A stretch of 64,000 bases of DNA from an uncultured delta proteobacterium (GCA_963745835.1 CAVUZH010000024.1:256001-320000); one strand, 5' to 3'. Counted from the first letter of the stretch, positions 20,691 to 31,345 are shown. Notes: a model not told the origin generated them from the letters alone. Program-made: numbers and translations.

Positions 20691-20769
20691 CGTTGCAGGG
20701 ATCGCAGCCTCAGACGGCCGGCAATGGCGTTGACGTGGCGGTTATAAGAGCGGCTTTGGTCTGTCGCCG

Positions 20770-20973
20770 CTAGACCTGGCTTTCCGCTTGCAGTTTCAGA
20801 GCGTCATCTATCTGGGTGTGACCGTCACGTATGGCTAGGCAAACCGCAACGCATGGAGCTCGGCTATCACCGGGTCGCTTGGAAATTCTTTCCCGATAAG
20901 ATCGACGATTTTGTAACTTTTGATCGGGAATCTTTGCCTCACGAGCAACCGACTGATAATCGAAATATTTCAT
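20770..20973 (-). CDS. Small hypothetical protein (probably with compensating frameshifts)
   Basis: MKYFDYQSVAREAKIPDQKL...(alt frame KEFPSDPVIAELHALR)...CLAIRDGHTQIDDALKLQAESQV. Confidence 0.55.
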   Translation of the reverse strand: MKYFDYQSVAREAKIPDQKLQNRRSYRERISKRPGDSRAPCVAVCLAIRDGHTQIDDALKLQAESQV

Positions 20974-21126
20974 CAATCGCTCAAGTGGTGCTCGTCCTAG
21001 AATTCCCCTATTTGCACGGTAGGAGCGAGTCTTTGAGACCGAAGTTTGATGTTGTCGATTGGTCCTCCCCATTGCCTCGACTTCCGCGTTAGCGTTTGCG
21101 CAGGTCCGTTTCTTTAAGGCCATTAC

Positions 21127-21501
21127 TCAACAAGTAGCGCTTGATTCGTTTAAGGAAGTTCCCGGTTCGCCGGCACTCGCTGCTCGCGTCATTTTGGAAA
21201 AAATAGTTTCCACGTCGTAGTCGGCTGCCAAGCGGTGGTCAAGGCTCTCCGTGAGATAAGCCGACCATTCGGGTTCTATTTCCCCGGTCTTAACAAGATG
21301 CAGACCGAACATCCGCCGAACCGCGGGATGGCTTTCTGCAACGATGTCATGAACGTGCAGCGCGGCTTTCGCCGCGTGCAGAATGGAGTAATAGGCCCGT
21401 GATATTGCATCGGCGTACAGGCCATCACGGGTTAGAGTCTCCGCCGCTTGCAACGATTGCCGAGCGCGATTCCACTCCGCCGATACCAGGTTTCGGTTCA
21501 T
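21127..21501 (-). CDS. HEPN domain protein
   Basis: AISRAYYSILHAAKAAL, SH, RLAADYD; ATGA overlap with upstream MNT. Confidence 0.85.
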   Translation of the reverse strand: MNRNLVSAEWNRARQSLQAAETLTRDGLYADAISRAYYSILHAAKAALHVHDIVAESHPAVRRMFGLHLVKTGEIEPEWSAYLTESLDHRLAADYDVETIFSKMTRAASAGEPGTSLNESSATC

Positions 21502-21831
21502 ACGACCCGCAGGGCATCACGCTCTACCGCCTTGCGGAAGCTCGAGCCGTTTCGCTTCCGGCTTTCCCATTCTTCCTCAGTGTAAGCGAGAATGGAGGGC
21601 AAGACCTCAGTCTTTGCAGCCAGCAAGTAACCGATGCGCCGCAGCTCTCTCTTACGCGCTCCAGCGTCGTTCTTGACGATTAAGATCACATCCACATCGC
21701 TTTCGGCGTGCGCTTGTCCACGGGCTTTCGATCCGTAGATGAGCATTTCTTGAACGTCCTGGATGCTTCTTGCTAAGAGCTTCCCGATACGCATCAAGCC
21801 ACGCCTGTTCTTCCGACAAAAGTTGGAGCAT
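21498..21831 (-). CDS. Minimal nucleotidyltransferase (MNT) antitoxin, frameshift near 21757
   Basis: GGAGG RBS then MLQLLSEEQAWLDAYREAL...; YGSKARG...SDVDV motif. Confidence 0.85.
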
Positions 21832-22080
21832 CGATTATTTTACCTCCGGTCGAGCATCGCTTCCGTTCCTCGTTGGCAAAAATTTCGTTTGATCACCGTC
21901 CGTTGGAATCAAATCCATCTGTCGTTTCGGCGGTCGAGCCTGCACATTCTCTACCTTTAGACTGTATTCGTCCTTGCCCCACTCGCACGGTGATAGCATG
22001 GCTCTTGGAATTTTCTTAACGGTGAGATTACCGTAGCCATCCTTACGACCACGAAACCCGTTGCTCTGTCCCCTTACATC

Positions 22081-22132
22081 GGCTTTCCGCTTGCAGCTTT
22101 AGAGCGTCATCTAGCTGGATGTGACCGTCACG
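22081..22132 (-). repeat. Direct repeat B: copy of the 3' end of the 20770..20973 gene
   Basis: 48/52 identity with 20778-20829; encodes RDGHIQLDDALKLQAES. Confidence 0.85.
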
Positions 22133-22169
22133 CTAGAATATCGTGTAGACGTTCCTTGGGGTCCCTCAC
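22133..22169 (-). pseudogene. 5' stub of a DUF86/HepT-type toxin
   Basis: GTGA overlap with MNT stop; reads MRDPKERLHDIL, typical of a DUF86 N-terminus, then truncated. Confidence 0.6.
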
Positions 22170-22453
22170 AACAGCTCAGCCTCTCTTAGGACACGATCGC
22201 GGATCCGCGGCTTAAGCCCCTGCTCGGTTACAACATCGACTTGCAGTCCGAGCAAATCCCGCAAATCCATCAACAAGGCGCCCAAATCGAATAATGTGCG
22301 GCCCGGTTCCATATCGACGAGGAAGTCCACGTCGCTGTCCGATCTAGCTTCGCCTCGAGCCACCGAGCCAAAAATCCGAATGTTGCGAGCTCCGTGCTTG
22401 GCGGCGATTTTTAGGATGTCTTTCCTTTTTTCCAAGAGTGCAACCGTATCCAT
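22166..22453 (-). CDS. MntA-type nucleotidyltransferase antitoxin
   Basis: IAAKHGARNIRIFGSVARGEARSDSDVDFLV...VDVVTEQGLKPRIRDRVLREA. Confidence 0.92.
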   Translation of the reverse strand: MDTVALLEKRKDILKIAAKHGARNIRIFGSVARGEARSDSDVDFLVDMEPGRTLFDLGALLMDLRDLLGLQVDVVTEQGLKPRIRDRVLREAELL

Positions 22454-22572
22454 TTTTTCACCTTCGCTAGGGCTTCTGTTGATTGTATCCCCTCGGAGCC
22501 CTGATTTGCCAGCATAAGAGTTCGGCGCCGGCAAGATCCGGGCCCGAGTTGGATACGTTGCGCCGGAAAGCG

Positions 22573-22654
22573 TGGAAAAAACCGGCTTCATAAAAAACCT
22601 GAGCGCGGATGGTCGTTAGATTAAGAATCATCAGGTGGAGAATCATCCCCAAGC
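22573..22654 (+). repeat. Direct repeat A, right copy
   Basis: Copy of 20301-20367 with a few substitutions and an insertion duplicating AGAATCATC. Confidence 0.9.
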
Positions 22655-22742
22655 CGGTGTCTAACTAAAATGTTCTGGGTTTCGTGTTTAGAGTTTGGAG
22701 TTATTGAAATCCAACCGGCGATCCGAAAATAGAAGCGCCAAC

Positions 22743-23195
22743 TTAAAACAGCCCCGGGATCCAGCGCTTAACACGATGGGTATAGGCAACGTAGGGCGCG
22801 CCCAGCTGGCGCGCTAAACTCGCTTCATCGGCAAGAACACGGAAATGGAACCAGATCGCAACCGCCAGCGTGATCACCGCGGCAAACCAGGATTTGAGGG
22901 TCAGGGACAGCCCGGTTAGAAAAATGACATGGCCGAGATACATGGGGTTGCGGGTGTAAGCATACAGGCCCGTAGAAACCAATCTCTCCGCGGGGACTTC
23001 CGGGCCAGGACCACCGCCGCCGCGCGTGCTGCGATACTTACCGCATAAGCGATACTGTAAGTAGCCCCAGATCATCAGCGGCAAGCCCCAGAGGTTTACT
23101 TCAATACGTCCCCCTTGGGTGAGCAATTCCCAAAGAAGAACGACCAGAGGATAGATGAGAAAGGTCCTGACCGGAGTCCGGCTTAGAAAGCGCAT
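22743..23195 (-). CDS. Isoprenylcysteine carboxyl methyltransferase / PEMT family membrane protein
   Basis: LVSTGLYAYTRNPMYLG, DEASL...G..Y..Y...VKRWIP. Confidence 0.85.
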   Translation of the reverse strand: MRFLSRTPVRTFLIYPLVVLLWELLTQGGRIEVNLWGLPLMIWGYLQYRLCGKYRSTRGGGGPGPEVPAERLVSTGLYAYTRNPMYLGHVIFLTGLSLTLKSWFAAVITLAVAIWFHFRVLADEASLARQLGAPYVAYTHRVKRWIPGLF

Positions 23196-23223
23196 GGAAA
23201 AGCAAATACCTTTCAGTTCGTCA

Positions 23224-23379
23224 TCACTTCCCCTCAATGATTTCGAATCCCACGCTGCGTAACAACGTGACTGTCTCTTCTTCGGTCAGCGTGCGCCCAA
23301 GTTTCTCGTGCTCCCTGATCAGATGCGGCATCATCTCGGGCTTGAGCGTCATCCAATCCGGCACCTTGGCAATTGTCAT
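23224..23379 (-). CDS. Small hypothetical protein (51 aa)
   Basis: GGAAGAGGGA RBS, MTIAKVPDWMTLKPEMMPHLIREHEKLGRTLTEEE... Confidence 0.5.
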   Translation of the reverse strand: MTIAKVPDWMTLKPEMMPHLIREHEKLGRTLTEEETVTLLRSVGFEIIEGK

Positions 23380-23599
23380 TCCCTCTTCCATTTGCGCTCT
23401 CCGATTTCCGCCCAACCGATAGACTTTCCGCGAGTCGCGCGTTGGGCGTTTAAGTCAGCGCTAGATTGCTTCGGTTTGCCTCGCGCACGCCTCTCCCGGA
23501 CCTTTAAGCCCTTTCATGGTGTCCGTCAAATCCGGGGAAAGCGCATCGGGGCCGCCGACGTCCAGGGAAATGTAGTTCAGCACGGGCTCGGGAGTCGTC

Positions 23600-24096
23600 C
23601 GCGCGGGCCACCGCCCGCTGCGTTCGGGCGACTTCAAGGCGCTCTTCCGGGTCGCCGCAGATCCCCTCGTATGGGAGCAGCATCCAGAACGAAATCGCTA
23701 TCAGGAAGAAACCTTCCGAGCTTTCTTCGGGGAGGCCCTCACGTCCGGTGGCGCGCTGGTGACGCTGGATCGGGCCAACGGCGACATCATAGGATCCTCA
23801 CGCTTTCACGGTTACGATGCGGAGCGCAGCGTCATTGAGATCGGTGGTCCTTCCTTGCCCGCGCCTACTGGGGCGGGCGCTACAATGGCGAGATGAAGCG
23901 GCTCATGGTGGAGCATGCGTTCAGGTGGGTGCAGCGCGTAATTTTCATCATCGGTCCTGAGAATCGCCGTTCCCAGCGGGCCGTGGAAAAGATTGGTGGC
24001 ATGCGCGCCGGAACGACCGTCGATACGTACGGGCGCGAACGAGTGGTATATGAGCTCACGCCGGAGCTTTTTGCGCGCCGACACATCTCATCGTAG
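23600..24096 (+). pseudogene. GNAT N-acetyltransferase (RimJ/RimL-like), frameshifted, start unclear
   Basis: DFKALFRVAADPLVWEQHP...IIGSSRF...IEIG/FLARAYWGGRYNGEMKRLMVEHAF...ENRRSQRAVEKIG. Confidence 0.75.
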
Positions 24097-24355
24097 GTGG
24101 GTTTGGTGGATGATGCGCCGCTCACCGCGGGCGTTAGGATTCATCTGCTACATCCGCGAATGTGGTCACATTTGAAATCTGCTTATTTCTTCCAGCCGGT
24201 ATCGATCGGAGGCACTCCACATCGAACTGATTTCTTGAACCAACGACCACGGAAGACTGAGTGCTGCGCGGCCGGCTAGCACAACGAACTTGACAGTCCG
24301 CTGGTTTACCGTTAGCGACTGTGCTTGGTCTATAAAAAACGAGGAGCAGCAACCC

Positions 24356-25506
24356 ATGGCACGCAATGGCTATAAAATCTTCGATGCGGACACACATGTC
24401 AGGCCCGATGCTGAGCTGTTGGAGCCGTATATGGCAAGTGCCGCCCGCGCGAATCTGGCCCAATACGAAAAGTACCGGACCAAGAATAAAGACGGCGCGG
24501 TCACCTATTTGATGGGCGAGCGCTCGTATAAGCGCCGTTTGGGCTTGAGCGGCGACCGCAGCCCCGAAAAAAGACGAATACATGAGCGGCTACAAGCGCC
24601 ATCAGCACGGCAAACCCGATCCGCTTTGTGAGCGCGATCCCGCCGTTCGCGTAAAAGACATGGATGTCGAGGGGATCGACGTCAATCTCATGCTGCCTTC
24701 GGGTTGGTTCGGTTGCTGGACCACCATCGATGACGTCGCGCTCGAGAGCGCGGTTTATGAAGCCTATCACCGCTGGATGGCCGACTATTGCGCCGTTTTT
24801 CCCGGACCGCTTGAAGGGCGTGATCCTGGTGTCCGCCCGCGATATCAAAACTTCGCTGGCGGAATTGCACCGCGCAGCCAAGGAGAGCTGGCCACTTGCG
24901 CTCTTTGTCTATGCGCCCTATCAGTTCCCGCTCGATCACCCCGACCTCGAACCGATTTGGAAGGCCGCGGCGGAATACGATTTAGCCATCGCTCTCCACA
25001 CGTTTACGGTCATGCCACCCTATGCGCCGGGTGGTCTCGATTCCTGGGATAATCTCTGGCTGCAGCGTTCGTCCGCTCACCCCTGGTGTGGCCAGCGCAA
25101 TATGGCCGCCATTATCGGCGCGGGGATTATGGACCGCTATCCGAGTATTCGCGTGGGCACCTTGGAAGCGGGACATGGCTGGCTGCCGGTGTGGGTCAAG
25201 CGGCTCGAAGAGCACACCAAGCTCTGTGCCGAAGCGTTGCCGCCGCTCAAAGAAACTATTCGCAGCTATGTTACCGGCGGTCGTTATTTCCAGAGCATCG
25301 AGGTTTCCGAAGGCGCAGAGATCACTCAAAGCGTGATCGACCTTTTAGGACCGGATATTCTTATGTTCGGTTCCGACTACCCGCACGGCGAGAGCTGGTT
25401 TCCCGTTTCTGTCGAAACCGTCATCGGCTGGAACTTGAAACCCGAATATCTGCGCAAACTGTTCTGGGACAATGCCGTGAAATATTACCGGCGGTATTCC
25501 GCATGA
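24356..25506 (+). CDS. Amidohydrolase_2 family protein (frameshifts near 24570 and 24800)
   Basis: IFDADTHV, DMDVEGID, LEAGHGW, FGSDYPHGES, DNAVKYY. Confidence 0.88.
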
Positions 25507-26421
25507 CGCCGGCCAAGAAGTTACGGCAACTGCTCGGCCGCAAAGACAAGGTTTTGGCGGTGCTGGGCGCGCCCAACGCCTTTCACGCAAAAATCATGGA
25601 GGCCAACGGCGTTGAAGCGTGCTTCGTCGGCACGAGCATTACCGGCGGCAACTATACCGGCCAACCCGATCTGGGCATTCTGTCGATGACTGAGTGTGTG
25701 GAGTTTGCCAAATGGATCGCGCGCGCGGTGAAGATACCGGTAATTCTGGATGGCGATACCGGCCACGGCGGAATCATGGCGGTGCGCCGCCTGGTGCGCG
25801 AGTGCATCGAGGCCGGACTGGCCGGCTTGCGGCTCGACGATCAGCCGCTGGACCAGAAACGGCGCACCGGATCGGCGGGCATTTCCATTGTCAGCCGTGA
25901 AGACGCGATCACGCGCTATCGTGTTGCAGTCGACGCCAAAAATGAGATCGACCGCGATTTCGTGATCATGGCGCAGTGTTATGCCCGCAATGCGGTGAAC
26001 GGCGGCATGGGTGAGTTGTTGCGTCGGCTGCGCCTTTACGAAACCCAAGGCGCGCGTCGATTGGGTGCAGTTCGAATCGCCTCACTCGGTGGCGGAGATC
26101 AAGCGCGCCCGCAGAGTCGTAAAAGGGCCGTTCTCGGCAATGAAGGGCCAGCTGCCGCGGGCGCTGACCCTCGAAGAGCATGAAGCGCTCGGGCTCAATG
26201 CCGCATGGTACACGTTTCTACCGGACTTGGTTCTAAAAACCGCGGCCTGGTCTTTTTTTCAGGAGTTCAAAGACAAAGACATGCGTGCGTGGGATGAATT
26301 CGCGGCGGCGCACAATGGCACGCCGTTTACCGGCGGCGGAAAATTGCCCTGGGACGCAACCGGCATGACGGAGTTGAGCAAGTTAGAAGCGAGTTATGCA
26401 AGGAAAACGAAACGGAGATAG
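25503..26421 (+). CDS. Isocitrate lyase/PEP mutase family protein (frameshift near 26045)
   Basis: ATGA overlap with amidohydrolase; PDLG, PVILDGDTGHGG, RLDDQ, QFESP. Confidence 0.85.
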
Positions 26422-26429
26422 ATACGAGC

Positions 26430-27462
26430 ATGTTAAAGGCATTCCTGATTGTCTTGCTGCTGTTAGTGAACCGCTCCGGCGTCGACGCCCAGAGCGATTT
26501 CTTCAAAGGCAAGCAGATGAAAATAGTCGTCGGCGCTTCCGCCGGTGCAGCAAGCGATCTGTATGCTCGCGTGGTGGCGAATCACCTGCCGAAACAAATC
26601 CCGGGTAAACCGGAAATTATCGTGCAGAACATGCCGGGTGGTGGATCGCTGACAGCCGCGAATTATGTTTATAGCGTCGCCAAGCCCGACGGTCTTACAT
26701 TGGGGGCGGTGACGGCGCCGATTTATTTTGCGCAGCTCCTCGGCAGAAAAGAAGTTCAGTTCGATTGGGCCAAGTTCACCTGGATCGGCACGCCCGAAGA
26801 AAACGACGAGCTGTTTTTTATTCGCTCGGATCAGCCTTACAGAACGCTGCTCGATTTGCGCAAGGGCGGCGAGCCGCCGCGCTGCGGCGCTTCGGGAGTC
26901 GGCAGCACGGGATTTTACATACCCAAGTTGATCGAGGAAATCTTCGGCGCCAGGATCAATGTGGTGACCGGTTATCCGGGAGCCGCCGACGTGGATTTAG
27001 CGGTGGAGAAAAACGAGGTCCATTGCCGCGGCACAACCATCAGCGCATTCTTCGGCCGCGAGCCGGGAAGAACCTGGGCCAAAAATGGCTTCGTAAGATT
27101 CCTGGTGCAAACCGGCGATAAGCGCAATCATCGCTTGCCCGACACGCCGACCATCTGGGAACTGATGGAGCAAGAAAAAGCGATTGAGGCGAAGAAACGG
27201 CTGGCGCGAGTGGTCCTTGGGCCGGGTGCTTTTGGCCGGCCGATTCTGGCAACTCCTGGCATCCCTGCGGATCGTGTGAAGCTGCTGCGCGATGCTTATC
27301 TTAACATGCTGCAAGGATCCTGAATTTGCCGCCGAGGCAAAGAAGCGCCAATGGGAGATTGCACCCGTCAGCGGCGAACGGCTGGAGGCCTTGGCGAAAG
27401 AGGTCATCAATCAGCCGCCGGACATCATCGAAAGGATGAAGAAGGTGATGGGCGAATCCTAA
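26430..27462 (+). CDS. Tripartite tricarboxylate transporter substrate-binding protein (TctC/Bug-like), frameshift near 27315
   Basis: IVVGASAG..SDLYAR, VQNMPGGGS, AKPDGLTLG, GYPG, PGIPADRV. Confidence 0.88.
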
Positions 27463-27573
27463 AAAGCTATTGGAGAGAAAAAATCTCGCACATACCGCGG
27501 TCGCGAATGCTCTCAAGGATGATTTACGAGCCTGCGGCCAGGGATGCAGAGCAAATTATAAAGGGGACATTTT

Positions 27574-28446
27574 ATGGACCTAGCAAAATATATCGTCAAA
27601 GCGCGGCCCGGCGTGCTCGGCGGCAAGCATGAAGAGAAGCGGCCGTTGCGTCAATTGAGCGCGTTGCCGGTAAAGCGTTACGTGTTCATCAACCGCGATT
27701 CGCATCCCGACGCCGATATTTACGTTGCCATCCACGAAGCTAAAAATTTGCCGTCGCCGGTCCCCGACTATCAGGTGCCGCACTGCCACAATACCGACGA
27801 GTTCTACTATTTTATCGGCAACAACGCGGATCTGACAGGGCTCGAAGGGCAGATTATTTTCGAAGGAAAAGTGCACAAGATCGTTTCACCGGCGTGCGTC
27901 TACATTCCCACGGGGGCGGTGCACGAGTACAAAGTGACGCGCGGCGCCGGCACCGTGACGGTGTTATTTCGGAACCGCGGTTACACTCACGAGGACAAGC
28001 CGTTCGATCTCGCTCGCGGCGAACGGGACTTCGCGCGCTATGCCGGTTACATTTTTCCGCCCGAGGTGCGACCGACGACCGAGATCAAGTACCACACCGA
28101 TGCGGCGCCTGGGACACGTTATGTTTTCGTCGACGGCAAGCTCAAGCCAGAGGCCGGTTTCTACACCGTGGTGCGCAGCGTCGCCGGGGTGCAACCGACC
28201 CAAGCGAATTACGTCGATATGCACCGGCACAACTGCGACACCCAGCATATCGCGATCGGCACCGGAGCGGAATTGGGCGGCCTCAAAATCGAGTTCCAGA
28301 TCCGCGATGACAAACTTGTCGTCGAGAGTCCGGTCGGCGTGAACATCCCGGCCGGCACGCCTCACTCGCAGCGCATCATCGAGGGCACAGGCCATTTCTT
28401 CAATTTTGTGCCGAAGAGTTTTTACAACGACGGCTTAATGAGCTGA
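27574..28446 (+). CDS. Bicupin protein
   Basis: Two cupin motifs: PHCHNTDEFYYFIG...YIPTGAVH and MHRHNCDTQHIAIG...NIPAGTPH. Confidence 0.75.
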   Translation: MDLAKYIVKARPGVLGGKHEEKRPLRQLSALPVKRYVFINRDSHPDADIYVAIHEAKNLPSPVPDYQVPHCHNTDEFYYFIGNNADLTGLEGQIIFEGKVHKIVSPACVYIPTGAVHEYKVTRGAGTVTVLFRNRGYTHEDKPFDLARGERDFARYAGYIFPPEVRPTTEIKYHTDAAPGTRYVFVDGKLKPEAGFYTVVRSVAGVQPTQANYVDMHRHNCDTQHIAIGTGAELGGLKIEFQIRDDKLVVESPVGVNIPAGTPHSQRIIEGTGHFFNFVPKSFYNDGLMS

Positions 28447-28565
28447 CGCCGCGGTGCGATCCGGCGAGAAAACCGCAGTGAAGTTATTATTGTCAGACAT
28501 TTATTTATCGCATCTCTAAGCGCAAAGCCGTCCAGCGTAATATATCGGCTATGGAGGTAATGCCC

Positions 28566-30041
28566 ATGTCACGGAACGGTTCCAGGTCGGCGGCAGTTCG
28601 TGCCAAACTGAATCACCCAATCATCGACACGGATGGTCACACGGTCGAATTCACGCCGGTGTTTTTCGACTACATCAAGGAAGTAGGCGGCGCGGGCATG
28701 GTCGACCGCTATAAGAAAGCCGTCGGCAACCGCGGTAACAACCGGTGGATGGAATTATCCGACGACGAACGGCGCTACATCCGCGCGACCTGCCCGCCCT
28801 GGTGGGCGCGGCCGGCGAAGAACACGTTGGATCGCGCGACCGCGTCGTTACCGCACTTATTGTATCAACGCATGGATGATCTTGGTCTGGATTTCGCCGT
28901 GCTCTATCCCACCTTCGGATTGACTGAACCACCGCGCATCGACGACGAAGAAGTGCGCCGCGTCGCCTGCCGTGCGCTCAACACGTTTCACATGGAAATT
29001 TATGGTCCCTATGCGGACCGCATCACGCCGGTTGCTGTCATACCCGTTCACACACCGCGGGAAGCGATAGAAGAATTAGAATACGCGGTGCAAAAGCAAG
29101 GCTTCAAAGCAGCGGTGATTTCCCACGTGCAGCGGCCTGTGCCCAAAGTACTGAAGGAACATCCCGACGTAGCCAGTCAAGCGAGTTATATCGATTTGCT
29201 GGCGTTGGATAGTGAATACGATTATGACCCGTTCTGGACCAAGTGCGTCGAGCTGAAGGTCGCCGTGACAACGCATGCCACCGGTCAAGGTTGGGGCAGC
29301 CGGCGTTCGGTCTCCAATTACATGTTCAATCACATCGGCCACTTCGGCGCCGCCGGCGAGGCCTTCTGCAAAGCATTATTCTTCGGCGGCGTCACCCGCC
29401 GGTTCCCAAATCTGAATTTCGCTTTCCTGGAGGGCGGCGTGCATTGGGCCTGCGGCGTTTTCTCCGACATCGTCGGGCATTGGAAGAAGCGCAACGCCAA
29501 AGCAATCCACAATCTCGACCCACAGAGCTTGGATGGCGAATTGATGCGTAAACTCATCGACGAGCACGGCAATGACAGAGTGAAAGGAAAAGCCGATGAA
29601 ATCGTAAAGTGGATCACCCAGCCGCAGCGCCGTCCGAAAAATCTCGATGACTGGGCCGCCTGCCGCGCCGAAAAGCTGGAAGACTTGCGCGACCTTTTCA
29701 TTCCGAATTTCTATTACGGCTGCGAGGCTGACGACCCCATGGTCGCGTGGGCCTTTAATTCAAAAGTGAATCCCATGGGCATAAAGTTCAAAGCGATGAT
29801 GAGCTCGGACATCGGACATTGGGATGTGACCGACATGAACGAAGTGGTGGAGGAGGCTCATGAACTGGTCGAGAACCATCTGATCACCGAAGAAGATTTT
29901 CGCGAGTATACTTTTGCCAACGCCGCGATGCTCTACGCCGGCATGAATCCCGACTTCTTCAAAGGCACGGTTTGCGAGGCAGCGGTGGCGAAACTGCTGC
30001 AGAGCCCTTCGCAAACTGCGGCGCAGGTGGTTTCGGCATGA
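28566..30041 (+). CDS. Large amidohydrolase family protein
   Basis: IIDTDGH, DFAVLYPT, FAFLEGGVHW, YYGCEADD, MSSDIGHWD. Confidence 0.88.
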   Translation: MSRNGSRSAAVRAKLNHPIIDTDGHTVEFTPVFFDYIKEVGGAGMVDRYKKAVGNRGNNRWMELSDDERRYIRATCPPWWARPAKNTLDRATASLPHLLYQRMDDLGLDFAVLYPTFGLTEPPRIDDEEVRRVACRALNTFHMEIYGPYADRITPVAVIPVHTPREAIEELEYAVQKQGFKAAVISHVQRPVPKVLKEHPDVASQASYIDLLALDSEYDYDPFWTKCVELKVAVTTHATGQGWGSRRSVSNYMFNHIGHFGAAGEAFCKALFFGGVTRRFPNLNFAFLEGGVHWACGVFSDIVGHWKKRNAKAIHNLDPQSLDGELMRKLIDEHGNDRVKGKADEIVKWITQPQRRPKNLDDWAACRAEKLEDLRDLFIPNFYYGCEADDPMVAWAFNSKVNPMGIKFKAMMSSDIGHWDVTDMNEVVEEAHELVENHLITEEDFREYTFANAAMLYAGMNPDFFKGTVCEAAVAKLLQSPSQTAAQVVSA

Positions 30042-31108
30042 CACGGATACAATTCACCACGATCCTATTTCTCTTCTTCGGCTTCATGGCGCCGTTCGCC
30101 GATGCGCAAAAAACGCCGGAAGAGTTCCTCGAAGATATCAATCGTCTGCCCAGTGCCGAGCGGCAGCGACGCCTGGAAGACGGCGCCAAGAAAGAACGGG
30201 AGGTCGTCTGGTACTCGACCATGAACCGTGAAGATTCGTTGGAGATCATACGGGCGTTCGAGAGCGACTATCCATATCTGAAAATTAACTTCATCACCGC
30301 CGGCGGACCGAAGACGCTCAATCGTATTACCGCGGAATATCGCGCCGGCTCGTACCTTTACGACGCAACCGGTTACCGCGCGACATTTCTCACGCCGACG
30401 CGCAAGGCCGGCGTGGTCATGCGCTACCGCACGCCGCTAAGAGAATTTCTCCGCCCCGGGTTTGTCGATCAGGAGGGCTACTTCAACGCGACGTTTACCC
30501 GCGCTTTCATGTTCATCGTCAACAAAAATCTCGTGGCCGCCAAGGATTATCCGAATTCGTTTGCCAATCTGCTCGAACCCAAGTGGAAGGGCAAACTGGT
30601 GATGGACAACGAATCCTACGACCTGCTCGCCGCCATGCTGGATTATTACGGGGAGAGCGAGGGCAAGCGCATGGCTGAAAACCTGGGAAAACAGGAGCCG
30701 AGTTTTCGCCGCGGAACTACATTAGTTGGTCAGCTCGTCGCCGCCGGCGAGTTCCCGGTCATGGTCGATGGCTCCAATCACCTCGCCTACGATTTGAAGA
30801 AAAAAGGCGCACCAATTGAATATCTGTTTCCAGAGCCATTCGTGCCGGTGATGATTCCGCAGGCGTTCTGGGTGGCCGCCCGGCCGCCCCACCCGCACGC
30901 AGCGGCACTATTCGTCGATTTCATGCTGTCGAAGAAAGCCCAGGAGATCATGGCCAATCAGGGCCGCTGGGTGAGCCGCAAAGACGTCAAGTACCAAATC
31001 GATCCGGGCACAAGAAAGCTACAAGTAGTCTCGCAGGAAAAATGGGGCGAGCGCACCAACGAGTTGGTTCAGCTTTATAACCGACTCATCATGCGTGAAG
31101 CGCGCTGA
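30038..31108 (+). CDS. Extracellular solute-binding protein
   Basis: ATGA overlap; signal peptide ending DAQ; GAKKEREVVWYS, LLEPKWKGK, PPHPHAAALFVDF. Confidence 0.9.
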   Translation: MTRIQFTTILFLFFGFMAPFADAQKTPEEFLEDINRLPSAERQRRLEDGAKKEREVVWYSTMNREDSLEIIRAFESDYPYLKINFITAGGPKTLNRITAEYRAGSYLYDATGYRATFLTPTRKAGVVMRYRTPLREFLRPGFVDQEGYFNATFTRAFMFIVNKNLVAAKDYPNSFANLLEPKWKGKLVMDNESYDLLAAMLDYYGESEGKRMAENLGKQEPSFRRGTTLVGQLVAAGEFPVMVDGSNHLAYDLKKKGAPIEYLFPEPFVPVMIPQAFWVAARPPHPHAAALFVDFMLSKKAQEIMANQGRWVSRKDVKYQIDPGTRKLQVVSQEKWGERTNELVQLYNRLIMREAR

Positions 31109-31109
31109 G

Positions 31110-31345
31110 GCATTGCTCGCGCGGTTGCCAAGTCGACGCCGTCTGGAATCGGCAGCGTCTCCGAGAACTTCAATACAGTTACCGCAAACTCTCGGCCGGG
31201 GATAATCGGTAAATCGTCGGGGCTATGCGATGCTGCCCTTGCGCGGAGTCAAATTCGCCCTGTTGAGCGAAGCCGCTTCGTTCTTGATAAAGTTGATAGC
31301 GTCCTGGAACGGGAATCGGAATCTCTTCGTACTGAAGCAGGTCCG
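31110..31345 (-). pseudogene. Decayed NADPH:quinone oxidoreductase / MDR dehydrogenase remnant
   Basis: Minus-strand fragments DLLQYEEIPIPVPG, IKNEAASLNRANL, LPIIPGREFA, LPIPDGVDLATA with stops and deletions. Confidence 0.55.

Noticed and set aside
20301-24096. Integron cassette array
   Set aside because: No intI and no recognisable attC (RYYYAAC...GTTRRRY) pairs between genes
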